Below, piece by piece: positions 19,187-28,598 of a stretch of 64,000 nucleotides of DNA; position 1 is the first letter of the stretch; each line of letters starts with the position of its first letter. Position numbers and translations under genes: made by a program. Under the pieces are notes generated by a model. It worked only from the letters and a program-made list of their open reading frames with translations. It was not told the DNA's origin and searched no databases. Source of the stretch: an uncultured Syntrophaceae bacterium (GTDB taxonomy: Bacteria; Desulfobacterota; SM23-61); assembly GCA_964484485.1 (NCBI GenBank), contig CAZAGD010000043.1, forward strand, positions 5,660 through 69,659, given 5' to 3'.

Positions 19187-20335
19187 TTGGCCATTTACTT
19201 AGACCATGCGGCTACTTCTTTCCCGAAGCCGCCCTCCGTCTACCAGGCGGTTATGCATGTCCTCAGGCAGGTAGGCGGGAGTCCTGGTCGTTCGGACCAT
19301 CGCGCGGCGCGGGAAGCCAGTCAGATAGTCCAAGAAACGCGGGAGAAAATTGCCCGTCTATTCGCGATCCCTCAAGCTGAACAAATTATTTTTACCCCTA
19401 ATGCCACTACGGCCATTAACTTGGGTCTAAAGGGCCTGCTCACCCCTAAAGACCATGTCCTTATCTCCTCTATGGAACATAATTCCGTAGTCCGCCCCCT
19501 GCGCGGCTTAGAGGAGCAAGGAGTAAAATTTTCTATAATTCCTTGTTCAAGGGAAGGCTATCTTGATCCTTTGGCCTTTAAAAAAGGATTACAGCGCAAG
19601 ACTAAATTGATTGTTTTAACCCATGCTTCAAACGTAACCGGCATGATCTTTCCCATCGAAGAAATAGGGCACTTGGCCAGATCGCGGGGCATTTTTTTCA
19701 TGGTTGACGCTGCCCAAACAGCAGGTTTGCTTCCCATCGACGTCCAGAAGATGAAAATAGATTTGTTGGCCTGTCCGGGCCATAAATCTCTTTATGGTCC
19801 CCAAGGAACTGGCTTCCTTTATGTTTCCAAGGAAATAAAATTAAAACCTCTCCTCGAAGGCGGCACCGGAACTAATTCAGAATCTGATAAACAGCCTCAA
19901 ATAATGCCCTTCTGCTTAGAGAGTGGAACCCTTAATACGCCCGGAATTGCCGGATTAGGGGCGGGAATTTCTTTTATTAGGCAAGAAGGTCTGGCTAAAA
20001 TTTGGAGAAAAGAGAGCAAATTGACCAAATTTTTAATGGAGGGATTGAAAAAAATTTCGGGACTTAAAATATACGGTTCTTTAAACGCCGCAGAAAGGGT
20101 GCCCGTAATCTCTTTCAATTTAAATTCTATCCATCCCGGTCACTTAGCTTACCTTCTGGATGAAATATATAATATTGGTGTACGTTCGGGCTTACATTGT
20201 GCCCCGCATGCTCATCGCACCTTAGGTACGTTTCCTTACGGAGCTGTGCGAGTTAGTTTAGGTTTTTTTAATAGAGAAAAAGACGTGCAGGCGCTGCTTA
20301 AAGCCCTTGAAGAGATTTCGCGGAGGAAGGTATGA
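19187..20335 (+). CDS. Cysteine desulfurase family, PLP-dependent aminotransferase class V
   Basis: YLDHAATS, EHNSV, DAAQTAG, PGHKSLYGPQG (PLP Lys), RSGLHCAP catalytic Cys; TTG start. Confidence 0.85.
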   Translation: MAIYLDHAATSFPKPPSVYQAVMHVLRQVGGSPGRSDHRAAREASQIVQETREKIARLFAIPQAEQIIFTPNATTAINLGLKGLLTPKDHVLISSMEHNSVVRPLRGLEEQGVKFSIIPCSREGYLDPLAFKKGLQRKTKLIVLTHASNVTGMIFPIEEIGHLARSRGIFFMVDAAQTAGLLPIDVQKMKIDLLACPGHKSLYGPQGTGFLYVSKEIKLKPLLEGGTGTNSESDKQPQIMPFCLESGTLNTPGIAGLGAGISFIRQEGLAKIWRKESKLTKFLMEGLKKISGLKIYGSLNAAERVPVISFNLNSIHPGHLAYLLDEIYNIGVRSGLHCAPHAHRTLGTFPYGAVRVSLGFFNREKDVQALLKALEEISRRKV

Positions 20336-21342
20336 AAATTTTGGGTATAGAAACTTCATGTGATGAGACTGCTGCGGCCTTAATCGAAGATGGTAAAAAT
20401 ATTTTAGCTGATGTAGTTGCTTCTCAAGTATCGATCCATAGCAAATTTGGGGGCATAGTTCCAGAACTTGCTTCGCGAAGGCATGTGGAAGCCATTCTAC
20501 CTGTGCTTGAAGAAGCTTTATCTAAGAGCAAGCACACGCTAAAAGATGTAGAGGCTATAGCAGTAACCCAGGGGCCCGGCCTCGTCGGTTCTTTACTTAC
20601 CGGCATTGCCGTAGCCAAGTCTTTGGCCTATGTACTCAACATTCCTTGGGTAGGAGTGAACCATATCTACAGCCATATCGAGGCTATATTCCTTTCGCCG
20701 ACTTACCCCCAGAGTTTCCCTTTTATTGCTTTAGTAATTTCGGGCGGCCACACTGTTCTATACCGAGTGGAAGACCATAATCATATGAACTTATTGGGGC
20801 GCACCAGAGACGACGCGGCCGGAGAGGCCTTTGATAAGGTGGCTAAATTTTTGGGATTAGGGTATCCTGGCGGAGTAATCATTGATCGTTTAGCCAAGCA
20901 AGGCGATCCCCAGAGCATCGACTTTCCCCGTCCTTTATTAGACAATGATTCTTTTGATTTTAGTTTTAGTGGTTTGAAAACCGCGGTCTTGCAGTATGTG
21001 CGCAATCTAAAAAAGGAACTTTCCCCCGTCCAGATCTCGGCCATAGCCGCTTCATTTCAAGAAGCCGTGGTGGATACATTACTGACTAAAACTATGCGGG
21101 CTGCTAAATACCATAAGCTTAATCAAGTGGTTATCGTAGGCGGAGTGGCCTGCAATTCCCGTTTGCGAGAGAAATTTTGGCAAGAAAGCCAGGAAGCAGA
21201 GATTTCTGTTTTTTTCCCTCCTCCCAGATTTTGCACGGATAACGCAGCTATGGTGGCTGCAGCAGGTTATCATCTTTTATTAAAGGGACAAAAAGCTGAT
21301 CTTGGGCTTAATGCTTATTCTCGCTTAGCCAAGTCGTCCTGA
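20332..21342 (+). CDS. tsaD: tRNA N6-threonylcarbamoyltransferase TsaD
   Basis: LGIETSCDET, VNHIYSH, SGGHT, DDAAGEAFDK, TDNAAM. Confidence 0.96.
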   Translation: MKILGIETSCDETAAALIEDGKNILADVVASQVSIHSKFGGIVPELASRRHVEAILPVLEEALSKSKHTLKDVEAIAVTQGPGLVGSLLTGIAVAKSLAYVLNIPWVGVNHIYSHIEAIFLSPTYPQSFPFIALVISGGHTVLYRVEDHNHMNLLGRTRDDAAGEAFDKVAKFLGLGYPGGVIIDRLAKQGDPQSIDFPRPLLDNDSFDFSFSGLKTAVLQYVRNLKKELSPVQISAIAASFQEAVVDTLLTKTMRAAKYHKLNQVVIVGGVACNSRLREKFWQESQEAEISVFFPPPRFCTDNAAMVAAAGYHLLLKGQKADLGLNAYSRLAKSS

Positions 21343-21432
21343 AGCGGAGAGGATTATCTATTTTTTGTCTATTCTGCCGCTGCGCGGGAAAATAGGGAAA
21401 AACAAAAAAATTACCTTAAGCTTTAGCTGGCC

Positions 21433-22278
21433 ATGAGTCTGCTAAAAAAGATTAAAGAACTAAGGATTTCTCCGCGGAAAAAACTGGGCCAGCATTTCGT
21501 TATCGATGGTCGAATAATCCGAAGAATAGTAAATTCCGCCGCCTTACAACCGGATGATATAGTGGTAGAAATTGGAGCTGGTCTGGGTAATCTCACCGCT
21601 CCTTTAGCAGAGCAGGCTGGCCATGTGTACGCCATTGAAATTGATCGGCGCTTATTCGGGGAACTGCAAAAAGAATTTCAAGGAAATGAAAAAATAGAAA
21701 TAGTTCCGGGAGATGCTCTAGAGCTGGATTTTGCCCCGTGGTTTAAAAGATGGCAAAGGCGGATGAAAGTAGTAGCTAATTTGCCTTACGAAATTTCTAG
21801 TCCAATGATTTTTCGTTTCTTTCAAGAGCGGCAATATTTTTCGCTTTTGGTGTTGATGCTGCAGATGGAAGTCGCCCGCAGGGTAGTTGCTGTACCAGGT
21901 ACAAAAGAATATGGACCGTTGAGTATCTGGTCTCAACTCTATGCCCATGCCCAAATTTTATTTACGGTCAGTCCCCAAGCCTTCTTCCCTCCTCCGCGAG
22001 TGGAATCTGCCGTAGTTAAATTCGAAGTCTTAGCTGATACCGACTTAGAGAAGAAAGAGGAAGAATTATTAAATTCGTTAGTACGGGCGGCTTTTACCTA
22101 TAGGCGAAAGACTATTTTAAATGCCTTAAAGATGGCCGGTATATCTTCCTTTTCCCCAGAAAAAATATTGGTCGCCTTAAAAGCGGTGGGAATTTCTCCG
22201 CAAGCGCGAGGCGAAGCCCTCTCTTTAAAACAATTCCAGGATCTTAGCGAGCAATTGCGGCGAATAAAAGAGCAATGA
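21433..22278 (+). CDS. rsmA: 16S rRNA m6,2A1518/1519 dimethyltransferase
   Basis: KKLGQHF, EIGAGLG, ANLPYEISSP, FFPPPRVESAVV. Confidence 0.95.
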   Translation: MSLLKKIKELRISPRKKLGQHFVIDGRIIRRIVNSAALQPDDIVVEIGAGLGNLTAPLAEQAGHVYAIEIDRRLFGELQKEFQGNEKIEIVPGDALELDFAPWFKRWQRRMKVVANLPYEISSPMIFRFFQERQYFSLLVLMLQMEVARRVVAVPGTKEYGPLSIWSQLYAHAQILFTVSPQAFFPPPRVESAVVKFEVLADTDLEKKEEELLNSLVRAAFTYRRKTILNALKMAGISSFSPEKILVALKAVGISPQARGEALSLKQFQDLSEQLRRIKEQ

Positions 22279-23435
22279 AGAAAAAGAAAATTATTTTATC
22301 CGTTTTTTTAATCCTCCTTTTTTTCAGTTTTGTATTCACTTCCTATGGGGAACGCCTTTTTTGGAGTGTCTTAGTCTTGAATGAAATTCTCCATTTTGAG
22401 AAACCTGGATTACTTTGGCAGGTTTCTTCAACCCCTAAAATAATAGAGGTAACCTTTCCCGGGCCGCGGGGGATGGTGAAGGCTGATTTGTATTTGCCAC
22501 AACCCATAATTAAAAGGGCTGGAATCCTCCTTAATCACGGCGTGATCGATACAGGCAAAGATGATCCTCGTTTGCGGCGCTTGGCCGAAATCCTTTGCCG
22601 AGCCGGCTTCGTAGTTTTGATCCCAGACTTCACTGGAATGCGCTCTTTTCGTATCTCGCCAACGGATATTGAGGAAATCCAAAGTGCCTTTGAACATTTT
22701 ATCCAAATGGAAAACTATATTTTAAAAGAAGCTTGCGGCTTATTCGGTTTTAGCTATGGCGCGGGACCGACTATTATAGCAGCTTGTCAGCCGAAAATTC
22801 GAGATAAAGTTCGCTTCGTCGTCTCGTTTGGCGGCTATTTTGATTTAAAGAATGTTCTTTCATACATAGGAACTGGTTATTTTGAATTCGGCGGAAATAA
22901 ATATTTTCGCCCGCCTCAAGAATATGGGAAATGGGTTTTCTTAGCCAACAACCTGGACTTGGTAAGGTCTGCCAAAGATCGTTCTATTTTAAAAGAATTG
23001 GTTAAAGTCAAACTTAAGGATGAAAAAGCACCGGTGGGCCACTACCTTAGTGAACTGGGCCAAGAAGGCCAAGATATTTTAGCTCTTTTATCTCATCATG
23101 ACCCCAAACAAACAGAAGCCATAATCAAAAGACTGCCTCTTTCGATTCAACGCGACTTAGATGCCTTAGCCGTCGGCGCTGCCTTACCCAATTTAAAAGC
23201 TGATATTATCTTAGTCCATGGGGAAGATGATGATCTAATCCCTTTCACAGAAACTCTACGTTTAGCCCAGTCTGTCCCCGATCCTCAAAGAGCCTACTGG
23301 AAAATTATCCGCACCTTTGCTCATGTGGATCCTGAGCGTTATCCACTAAATATTAAAAATTTATTTTATTTTTATCTTCCGGAAGGGTGGAAGATGTTCG
23401 CTTTGGTAAATAAGTTAATGCACTATAAAAGGTAA
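22275..23435 (+). CDS. Membrane-anchored alpha/beta hydrolase
   Basis: N-terminal TM/signal; GFSYG nucleophile elbow; HGEDDDLIP; C-terminal AHVD His. Confidence 0.7.
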   Translation: MKKKKIILSVFLILLFFSFVFTSYGERLFWSVLVLNEILHFEKPGLLWQVSSTPKIIEVTFPGPRGMVKADLYLPQPIIKRAGILLNHGVIDTGKDDPRLRRLAEILCRAGFVVLIPDFTGMRSFRISPTDIEEIQSAFEHFIQMENYILKEACGLFGFSYGAGPTIIAACQPKIRDKVRFVVSFGGYFDLKNVLSYIGTGYFEFGGNKYFRPPQEYGKWVFLANNLDLVRSAKDRSILKELVKVKLKDEKAPVGHYLSELGQEGQDILALLSHHDPKQTEAIIKRLPLSIQRDLDALAVGAALPNLKADIILVHGEDDDLIPFTETLRLAQSVPDPQRAYWKIIRTFAHVDPERYPLNIKNLFYFYLPEGWKMFALVNKLMHYKR

Positions 23436-23471
23436 AAAGTTGAAGAAAGAGGGTAGGGGAAATAAAGAGAA

Positions 23472-24209
23472 ATGAGTAAACTTTATCTTCATCTTCGGAA
23501 AAGGTTTGAACAGGCAATTCTTAAACATAAGATGCTTGCGGCCGGAGATCGGGTATTAGTAGGCGTCTCCGGTGGGGCTGACAGCCTTACCCTTCTTAAG
23601 TTACTAACCGGCCCCATGCTTTTTGCCCCTAAGCCAGATTTTGTCTTAGCCGTGCACGTGGATTTGGGGTTTGATGGAAGCGCGGGAGATTCAATTTCTG
23701 CCTTGGAGAAATATTTCCAGGTCGAGGGATATAATTACCAGATTGAAAAAACGAATATTGGCCAGCTGGCGCATAGCGAATTTAACCGCAAAGCCAGCCC
23801 GTGCTTTTTATGTTCCCGTCTGCGCCGGAAGAAACTTTTTGAATTGGCCAGAGATTATAAGTGTAATAAAGTAGCTTTAGCTCATCATAAGGATGATTTG
23901 ATCGAGACTCTACTGCTCAATATTTTTTTTGCCCGAGAGATCAGCACCATGCCTCCTTATCAATCTTTCTTTAAAGGAAATTTTTACTTGATGCGGCCGC
24001 TGGCTTATATCGAGGAAACACTTCTCAAAAGATTTGCGCGTGAAGAAGGACTACCGGTGATGAAAGTAAATTGTCCATCGGCTGGGAAGACCAAAAGGCA
24101 GTATATAAAAGATTTATTAAAAAAATTGGAAGAGGATCATCGGGGAGTAAAAGATAATATTTTTAAGGCTATGAAGCATGTGAAACCAGATTATTTGTTG
24201 GTTGAATAA
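23472..24209 (+). CDS. ttcA: tRNA 2-thiocytidine synthetase TtcA-like PP-loop ATPase
   Basis: SGGADS PP-loop, CFLCSRLRR, LAHHKDD, MRPL, single Cys in CPS. Confidence 0.75.
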   Translation: MSKLYLHLRKRFEQAILKHKMLAAGDRVLVGVSGGADSLTLLKLLTGPMLFAPKPDFVLAVHVDLGFDGSAGDSISALEKYFQVEGYNYQIEKTNIGQLAHSEFNRKASPCFLCSRLRRKKLFELARDYKCNKVALAHHKDDLIETLLLNIFFAREISTMPPYQSFFKGNFYLMRPLAYIEETLLKRFAREEGLPVMKVNCPSAGKTKRQYIKDLLKKLEEDHRGVKDNIFKAMKHVKPDYLLVE

Positions 24210-24263
24210 CCCTCCCAACATCCCTTTAGAAAAGAGCGGAATCCCCCTTCTCTTTTTTTCTAA
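24205..24263. repeat. Degenerate family D hairpin repeat
   Basis: CCCTCCCAACATCCCTTTAGAAAAGAGCGG...CTCTTTTTTTCTAAGAG resembles 53922-53994. Confidence 0.35.
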
Positions 24264-24290
24264 GAGACTGTGTCATAATGAATAAATAGC

Positions 24291-24360
24291 TTAAATTTCA
24301 CTTCTCTCCCTCCTGCCTTTCTCCTGTTGGCGAGAGATATTAAAACTGATTGACTTTGAG
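24291..24360 (-). mobile_element. MITE family A, degenerate single-end remnant
   Basis: TTAAATTTCACTTCTCTCCCTCCTGCCTTTCTCCTGTTGGCGAGAGATATTAAAACTGATTGACTTTGAG aligns to the last ~70 bp of copy 48931-49222. Confidence 0.65.
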
Positions 24361-24372
24361 CCCATAAAAATA

Positions 24373-24400
24373 TTGACAATCAAATAAAATTTAATATTAT
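24373..24400 (+). promoter_or_regulatory. sigma70 promoter of tRNA-Met
   Basis: TTGACA-N16-TATTAT, 24 bp upstream of the tRNA. Confidence 0.6.
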
Positions 24401-24424
24401 ATTTCTATATTCTTCTTTCATCGT

Positions 24425-24501
24425 GGCGGTGTAGCTCAGTGGGTTAGAGCATGCGGCTCATATCCGCAGAGTCCGGGGTTCGAATCCCTGCACCGCCACC
24501 A
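24425..24501 (+). tRNA. tRNA-Met(CAT), elongator type
   Basis: GGCGGTG/CACCGCC acceptor stem, TGCGG-CTCATAT-CCGCA anticodon arm, GGTTCGAATCC T-arm, encoded CCA. Confidence 0.93.
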
Positions 24502-24640
24502 TTTTTCGCCCATTTAAATTTTAATTCCCCTCTCATATTTCTTTTGTATTTATTCATATAGGAACTCTAATTTTTTAAAATTATTTAATTATTTTGTAAA
24601 AAATAAAGGGCGAGATTATATGATTTTGAGCACCTTCAGG

Positions 24641-24785
24641 GTCATTCCTGTCCCAGGTGAGAATCCAGAAGAGATTAAAAAGATCTCTTAAAAAGTTTTG
24701 AAAAAAATAAATTTGGCCATTCTTGGGAGGCAAAAAGTCTATTGATTTTAATATGTTCTTAGGCTCCTGCTTCCGCAGGAGTGAC
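24641..24785. repeat. Family C (dRS3-like) inverted pair, degenerate
   Basis: GTCATTCCTGTCCCAGGTGAGAATCCAG (24641-24668) facing TAGGCTCCTGCTTCCGCAGGAGTGAC (24760-24785). Confidence 0.6.
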
Positions 24786-24997
24786 CAAAAATGGGTTTTC
24801 AGAGATCTCAAAAAAAAACCGGATTGCTGTTTTCATAGGAACCACGAAGGCTTATCTTGCTCAAAAGCTGAATGTATAAAACGAATCAGGCATGATTATC
24901 GGGCATCACTAATATATTTCAGTTAGTGACTATTTTTTTAAAAAGAAAGGTTCATTTTGGGTTTTCTTTAACCGGAATTGCGCAAATAAAAATATCG

Positions 24998-25291
24998 CTG
25001 ACCGTTGATCACTTTTAATATTTATCGCCAGCAAAAGACAGGCGGGAGGGGAGAGGTAAAATTAAAATCGGCTGGGAATTGCTTAACTCCTTCTTACCCA
25101 CCCTTTATCCGCCATAAACAGCGGGGATAAACTTATCTTGAAAATAAAAACGCGAATAATTCTCCCTAATTTAAAGTGCAGACTTTTTTATTCCCCGCCC
25201 ACGCCGATGAAAGAACCAGGGCCTCATTTTAATGAGCCTTTCTCCCTCCCGCCTGAAATAGGTACGAATTTCAAAAGTGATTGACGGTCAG
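24998..25291 (+). mobile_element. MITE family A, copy 3 (294 bp, full length)
   Basis: CTGACCGTTGATCAC...GTGATTGACGGTCAG; perfect 9-bp duplication AAAATATCG (24989-24997 / 25292-25300). Confidence 0.9.
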
Positions 25292-25389
25292 AAAATATCG
25301 ACCTTGACTTTTCATTCGGCACAGTTAATATAATTAAAAATTTATTTGTAAATTTATCCTACAAAAAATCGAGTGGGGAGGGATAATTT

Positions 25390-26376
25390 ATGTTAAACAA
25401 TTTTAAATCTTTTTTTTCGGTAATCGTTTTCTTTTTCTGCTTTTTTATTTTGAGCTCTCCTAATGTTCATGCCCAGGATTTTCCAACCAAGCCAATTACA
25501 ATTTATTGTGGCTTTGAAGCCGGAGCCACTACTGACCTTACAGCCCGAGCTTTAGCCGAAGAAGCCCAGAAGATCATGGGAGTGCCTGTAGTGGTGGAAA
25601 ATAAAGCCGGCGGGGGAGCTACCGTGGCTGCTACGCTTGTAGCCAGCAAAAAACCTGACGGGTATACTTTAGCGGTTATTTCCTCTTCCGCTTTAGACAC
25701 TCGCCACATGATGCTGAACGTACCTTATGACCCCTTTAAAGACTTCACTTATATTCTCGCCTACGCTACCTACATTGGCGGCATTTGCGTAAAGAAAGAA
25801 GCTCCCTTTAGAACTCTTCAAGATCTTTTAGAAGAGGCGCGCAAACGTCCGGGTGAATTATCTTATAGTTCTTCTGGAACTGGAGCCACGCAACAACTTG
25901 CCGTAGAATATTTAGCCAAGCAAGCAAATATAAAATTTAAGCATGTTCCTTACAAAGGAGGCGCTCCTGCTTGCACTGCACTCATTGGCGGCCATGTAGA
26001 CTTTACTGCCGGAGCCGGTATTCATTTAAACTATGTTAAACAAGGCGTATTCCGGATGCTGGCCGTGACTGTAACAGAGCAAAGAGATCCTGATTTTCCT
26101 GATATTCCCACTTTGAAAGACCTTGGTTATAAAGATGTTCCTCCTGCTCTGTATCTATTGGTCGCCCCTAAAGGGCTTCCCGATCCTATTTTTAAAAAAA
26201 TAGAAACGGTTTTTACGCAGGCCGCCCATTCTCCAGAATTTAAAAAAGTGCTCAAAAATTTATCAGTACCATTTACATTTAAGAATAGGAGAGAGTTGGA
26301 AACCGATTTTCCCAAAACTTATCAGTTTTATGCGCAGCTGCTCAAAGAGATAGGCATCGAAATGCGCAAGAAGTAA
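25390..26376 (+). CDS. Bug/TctC family tripartite tricarboxylate transporter substrate-binding protein
   Basis: Signal peptide; FPTKPI, AGATTDL.AR, VVVENKAGGG, KPDGYTL, HVPYKGGAPA. Confidence 0.92.
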   Translation: MLNNFKSFFSVIVFFFCFFILSSPNVHAQDFPTKPITIYCGFEAGATTDLTARALAEEAQKIMGVPVVVENKAGGGATVAATLVASKKPDGYTLAVISSSALDTRHMMLNVPYDPFKDFTYILAYATYIGGICVKKEAPFRTLQDLLEEARKRPGELSYSSSGTGATQQLAVEYLAKQANIKFKHVPYKGGAPACTALIGGHVDFTAGAGIHLNYVKQGVFRMLAVTVTEQRDPDFPDIPTLKDLGYKDVPPALYLLVAPKGLPDPIFKKIETVFTQAAHSPEFKKVLKNLSVPFTFKNRRELETDFPKTYQFYAQLLKEIGIEMRKK

Positions 26377-26531
26377 ACTTAAATTGCTGCTTACCATATC
26401 GGAAAAGTTGCCGAATCTCTCGGGGATGCATATTTTTAAATCTGGTCGCTCCATCTTTCTTCCTTTAGAGATTTAAATTTTTCCCTTAAAAAAATTTTTA
26501 TTTATCTTTTAAAAGTGAGCAAGAAAGTAAT

Positions 26532-26566
26532 AATCTCCTCTAGCCCCTCCTTAAAAAAGAGGGGAA
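26532..26566. repeat. Family D hairpin repeat
   Basis: AATCTCCTCTAGCCCCTCCTTAAAAAAGAGGGGAA. Confidence 0.5.
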
Positions 26567-26687
26567 TGAATAATGAATTTAGAAAAGGAAAGAATTCAGA
26601 AATAAGGAATTTGCTGATTATGGGCAACGTTTTTTAGGTATGCCCTTGCGGCCAATTACATCCTATTCTTAATAAGGTGAAATAAGT

Positions 26688-26744
26688 ATAGGACCAGGGC
26701 TTGGCCCTTGCTGGATAGCGGCCAGGGCTGAAGGTCTGCCTTAC
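26688..26744. repeat. Family B REP-like inverted pair (degenerate)
   Basis: ATAGGACCAGGGCTTGGCCCTTGCT (+) and GTAAGGCAGACCTTCAGCCCTGGCC (-), variants of GTAGGGCAAGGGCTTGACCCTTGCC. Confidence 0.55.
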
Positions 26745-26760
26745 GAAAAATATCTTTGAC

Positions 26761-26780
26761 AAAAAGTGATCGACGGTGAG
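26761..26780 (+). mobile_element. MITE family A lone terminal repeat
   Basis: AAAAAGTGATCGACGGTGAG differs by 1 nt from the copy 5 end AAAAAGTGATCGACGGTCAG; no partner end found. Confidence 0.6.
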
Positions 26781-26792
26781 TTTAAAATAATA

Positions 26793-26820
26793 TTGACATG
26801 AATTAAAAAAAAATTAAAAT
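26793..26820 (+). promoter_or_regulatory. Putative sigma70 promoter of dctPQM
   Basis: TTGACA-N16-TAAAAT. Confidence 0.5.
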
Positions 26821-26917
26821 AAGCTTTAATCTAATCTTTGGTCAATTGCTATAATTGAAATTGCTAAAGAACGAAAAAAAGACCAAGATTAAAAAAAATT
26901 AATAAAAGGAGGGGGTT

Positions 26918-27970
26918 ATGAAGAAAATATTTCTATTATTTATGGCCATATGCTTTATTTTAATCGCCGATATGGCCACAGCACAAGATCTGCCGAGGAA
27001 TCATTTCAAAGTAATTGGCTACCACAGCACCGTAGTTATGTCAATTAGAGATGAAATTCCTTTTTGGCGAGAAACTTTACCTAAAGCATCAAAAGGTGCG
27101 ATCACTGCGGATATTACACCTCTTGACCACATGGGGATAGATGACAAAACATTATTACGTTTGATACGCTTAGGCGTTATGGACTTCGCCAGCATGGATA
27201 TATCTAAGATGGCTGGTGATGATCCGCGCTTTGAGGGAGTTGACTTAGCCGGCTTAACGCTAGACCCAGTTAAAGCCCGCGCTGCCTGCGAAGCATACCG
27301 AGCTGTATTGGATAGGCAAATGCAAAAAAATTGGAATGCCAAATTATTGGTTTTTGGGGCCAATCCACCACAAGTATTTTGGTGCCGGGAAGTGATTGGT
27401 GGTCTTAAAGACCTTAAAGGAAAAAAGATTCGGGTTTTTAACCCCACGATGCGTGATTTCTTGGGTGGTATAGGAGCGACAGCCGTAAGCATGGCCTTTG
27501 CCGAAGTTGTGCCTGCGCTTAAACAAGGGGTGGTTGATTGTGCAGTTACCGGAAGTCTTTCTGGAAATACAGCGGGCTGGCCAGAAGTGACTAAGTCGCT
27601 TTACCCAATGTCCTTGGGCTGGAGCATTAATGTGACTGCTGTTAATTTAAAAACTTGGAATAGACTTGACCCACAGACGCAGAAATTCTTGCTGGAGCAA
27701 TTCAAAGCTTACGAGGAAAAAGTATGGCAAACCCATAAATTAGCCATGGAAGAAGCTGACAATTGCAATACGAATAAACAGCCATGCACATTGGGCAAAC
27801 CTGCTAACATGGTTATCGTACCCGTAAAGCCAGAGGAAGCGGAAATGCATAAGAAGCTGGTAGAGTCAGCAGTGCTTGCCGGCTGGGCCAAGCGGTGTGG
27901 TCCAGAATGCGCGGCTGAATGGAATGAAACAGTTGGTAAAGTACTTGGCCTAAAGGCCCCGATCAAATAA
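26918..27970 (+). CDS. dctP: TRAP transporter substrate-binding protein DctP
   Basis: Signal peptide; DLKGKKIRV, GATAVSMAFAEVVPALKQGVVD; upstream of dctQM. Confidence 0.9.
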   Translation: MKKIFLLFMAICFILIADMATAQDLPRNHFKVIGYHSTVVMSIRDEIPFWRETLPKASKGAITADITPLDHMGIDDKTLLRLIRLGVMDFASMDISKMAGDDPRFEGVDLAGLTLDPVKARAACEAYRAVLDRQMQKNWNAKLLVFGANPPQVFWCREVIGGLKDLKGKKIRVFNPTMRDFLGGIGATAVSMAFAEVVPALKQGVVDCAVTGSLSGNTAGWPEVTKSLYPMSLGWSINVTAVNLKTWNRLDPQTQKFLLEQFKAYEEKVWQTHKLAMEEADNCNTNKQPCTLGKPANMVIVPVKPEEAEMHKKLVESAVLAGWAKRCGPECAAEWNETVGKVLGLKAPIK

Positions 27971-28001
27971 TTAAAGGGATTAGTTACCTGGGAAGGGGAA
28001 G

Positions 28002-28598
28002 ATGGAAAAGCTAATGAGCTTGGCCACTCAATTAAGCCGCTATAGCTTGAGGTTTGGTGGAACCTTAGTTCTTCTGGCTGCTCTGCTTATTGGCGTAGAC
28101 GTGATTTTGCGCAAATTCTTTCAAAGTTCCATCGGAGGTGCCGATGAGCTTGCCGGTTATGCTTTAGCCCTCGGCACCTCTTGGTCGCTGGGAGCAACCT
28201 TGTTAGACCGCGCGCACATCCGCATCGATTCTTTATATTCCCTCTTCCCGCGGGGATTTCGTCTTTTTTTAGATTTTATTGGATTGATCCTCTTTTTAAG
28301 TTTTTTCGGCTTAGTTGCTTGGCGTGGTCTGAGTGTCATGGAGCAGTCTTGGGTTTCCTCGTCGCGAAGTCATACAGCCTTAGCTACCCCCCTGATTATT
28401 CCCCAATCAATTTGGGTCATAGGTCTCCTAATCCTCATCTTTTTGGGAATTATCCTTTTCGTGCGCGCCGCCTTGCTCGTATGGCAGGGAGAAATTGCTG
28501 CTGCCTCTCGAGCTATCAGCACCCGTGCAGCTGCTGAAGAAGTGGAAGAAGAGGTGCGCTATCTTAAGGAGCGTAAGCCTAAGAGGATGGAGTCCTGA
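28002..28598 (+). CDS. dctQ: TRAP transporter small permease DctQ
   Basis: 4 TM; DVILR, GADELAGY, HIRID. Confidence 0.88.
   Translation: MEKLMSLATQLSRYSLRFGGTLVLLAALLIGVDVILRKFFQSSIGGADELAGYALALGTSWSLGATLLDRAHIRIDSLYSLFPRGFRLFLDFIGLILFLSFFGLVAWRGLSVMEQSWVSSSRSHTALATPLIIPQSIWVIGLLILIFLGIILFVRAALLVWQGEIAAASRAISTRAAAEEVEEEVRYLKERKPKRMES

Noticed and set aside
24264-24278. GAGACTGTGTCATAA as an IS end
   Set aside because: It looks like an IS terminal repeat, but no inverted partner or TSD was found in the window.
24425-24501. tRNA(CAT) as initiator fMet or Ile2
   Set aside because: G1-C72 pair and no GGG/CCC anticodon stem exclude the initiator; the GGCGGTG acceptor stem fits elongator Met better than Ile2, though this was not confirmed with a covariance model.
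24581-24926. Short ORFs 24581-24811 and 24723-24926 downstream of tRNA-Met
   Set aside because: They overlap repeat elements and have no recognisable protein features.
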